Positions 44,731 to 45,489 of a stretch of DNA of 45,489 bases are shown piece after piece. A model generated the notes under the pieces. The model had not been told where the DNA came from, did not search any database, and was given only the letters and a program-made list of their open reading frames with translations. This DNA comes from a virus. Taxonomy: Duplodnaviria > Caudoviricetes. The stretch's first letter is position 1; each line of letters starts with the position of its first letter. Both the position numbers and the translations under genes were made by a program. Location: positions 1 through 45,489 of IMG/VR virus record IMGVR_UViG_3300011429_000012. The stretch is one strand, 5' to 3'.

Positions 44731-45489
44731 TTATCCTTGCTTAACCGGAACAGTTGACATCATTTCTTTATATCGAATTACCGCCTTAACCGGAGTTAAT
44801 TTAAATACAGTGCAAAGATTAGCTAATATTTCAGGCGCGATGCCATGTTCTTTAGCTACTTCCTTAATCTCGGCTAAATTGACTTTACCTGAATTATCTT
44901 TAGGTTTGGCTACTTTGACTTCATTAGGTTTGTAATTAATATCCCTAACTTTATACTTATCCTGTTCTTCCTTTGTAAGACTCGCAACTAGATTATTCAA
45001 ATAAGTTTGGTCTGCCTTGATGTTATTTGTAATTTCTAATCGCTTTTCTTCCACTTCAATTAATATATTCTTGAAATGTAAGTATCTCTCATGAACTGCT
45101 TTATATAGTTCATAATCCTTACGTTCAATCATCACATCTGCATCAATGACTGACTTTAACTCACTAATCGATTTAGTTTCAGCATTAAAGTAATCAGCGC
45201 GCGTAATGATTGATGCGTCAATATCTTTACTTATTTCCAATGTCTTACGAGTAATCTCATTCGCCCTATCTACTCGCTTCTGCTGATTCTCAGGCGATTG
45301 ATAATCTTTAGTTAGATTATTTATTACATCTTCCTTTTCAAAACATGATGGACATAGAAGAAATGTTCCTTTATATAAGTCACAATGACCTACATATGGA
45401 CATGCCTCACATGTCGCTAATGATGTATGGTCTAATTCAGGTCGTCTACACCTGACACATACATCAGGGACGCCACCTTGAATGAATGG
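44731..45489 (-). CDS. Zn-finger plus coiled-coil protein, 5'-truncated by the window edge
   Basis: Frame of 44731..45240 stays open to 45489: PFIQGGVPDVCVRC...CEAC...CPSC... Confidence 0.75.
   Translation of the reverse strand, partial: PFIQGGVPDVCVRCRRPELDHTSLATCEACPYVGHCDLYKGTFLLCPSCFEKEDVINNLTKDYQSPENQQKRVDRANEITRKTLEISKDIDASIITRADYFNAETKSISELKSVIDADVMIERKDYELYKAVHERYLHFKNILIEVEEKRLEITNNIKADQTYLNNLVASLTKEEQDKYKVRDINYKPNEVKVAKPKDNSGKVNLAEIKEVAKEHGIAPEILANLCTVFKLTPVKAVIRYKEMMSTVPVKQG

Noticed and set aside
1-45489. Stop-codon reassignment, integrase/lysogeny module, diversity-generating retroelement, terminal repeats
   Set aside because: Genes are intact and dense in the standard code; no recombinase, repressor or reverse transcriptase motifs seen; the two ends share no repeat

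Overview
The window is essentially the whole genome of an AT-rich (about 35% GC by eye), apparently lytic, podovirus-like tailed phage, with a gene cut at each end. A + strand arm (2679-29746) carries a candidate small terminase, terminase large subunit, portal, scaffold, major capsid, decoration paralogs, adaptor/nozzle, a collagen fibre, an M15 endolysin and large ejection proteins. A - strand arm (29747-45489, continuing at 1-1735) carries a SprT-SNF2 fusion, a PD-(D/E)XK nuclease, a Sak4-like ATPase, an SSB, tRNA-Leu(UAA), an Acb2/Tad1-like sponge, a RyR-domain protein, a cold-shock protein, a UDG-PolA fusion, a DUF3987 helicase and a dATP/dGTP diphosphohydrolase. The arms diverge from a roughly 1 kb control region with back-to-back sigma54-type promoters, IHF-like repeats, a NrdR-like box and a sigma70-type promoter. 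Main oddities: genome-wide GCGCG/CGCGC excess, the sigma54 control region, a terminase-like peptide fused to a nucleotide sponge in an anti-defence cluster, a SprT protease-SNF2 fusion, an atypical PolA motif B and an apparently split nozzle gene. All family assignments come from motif recognition, not database searches.
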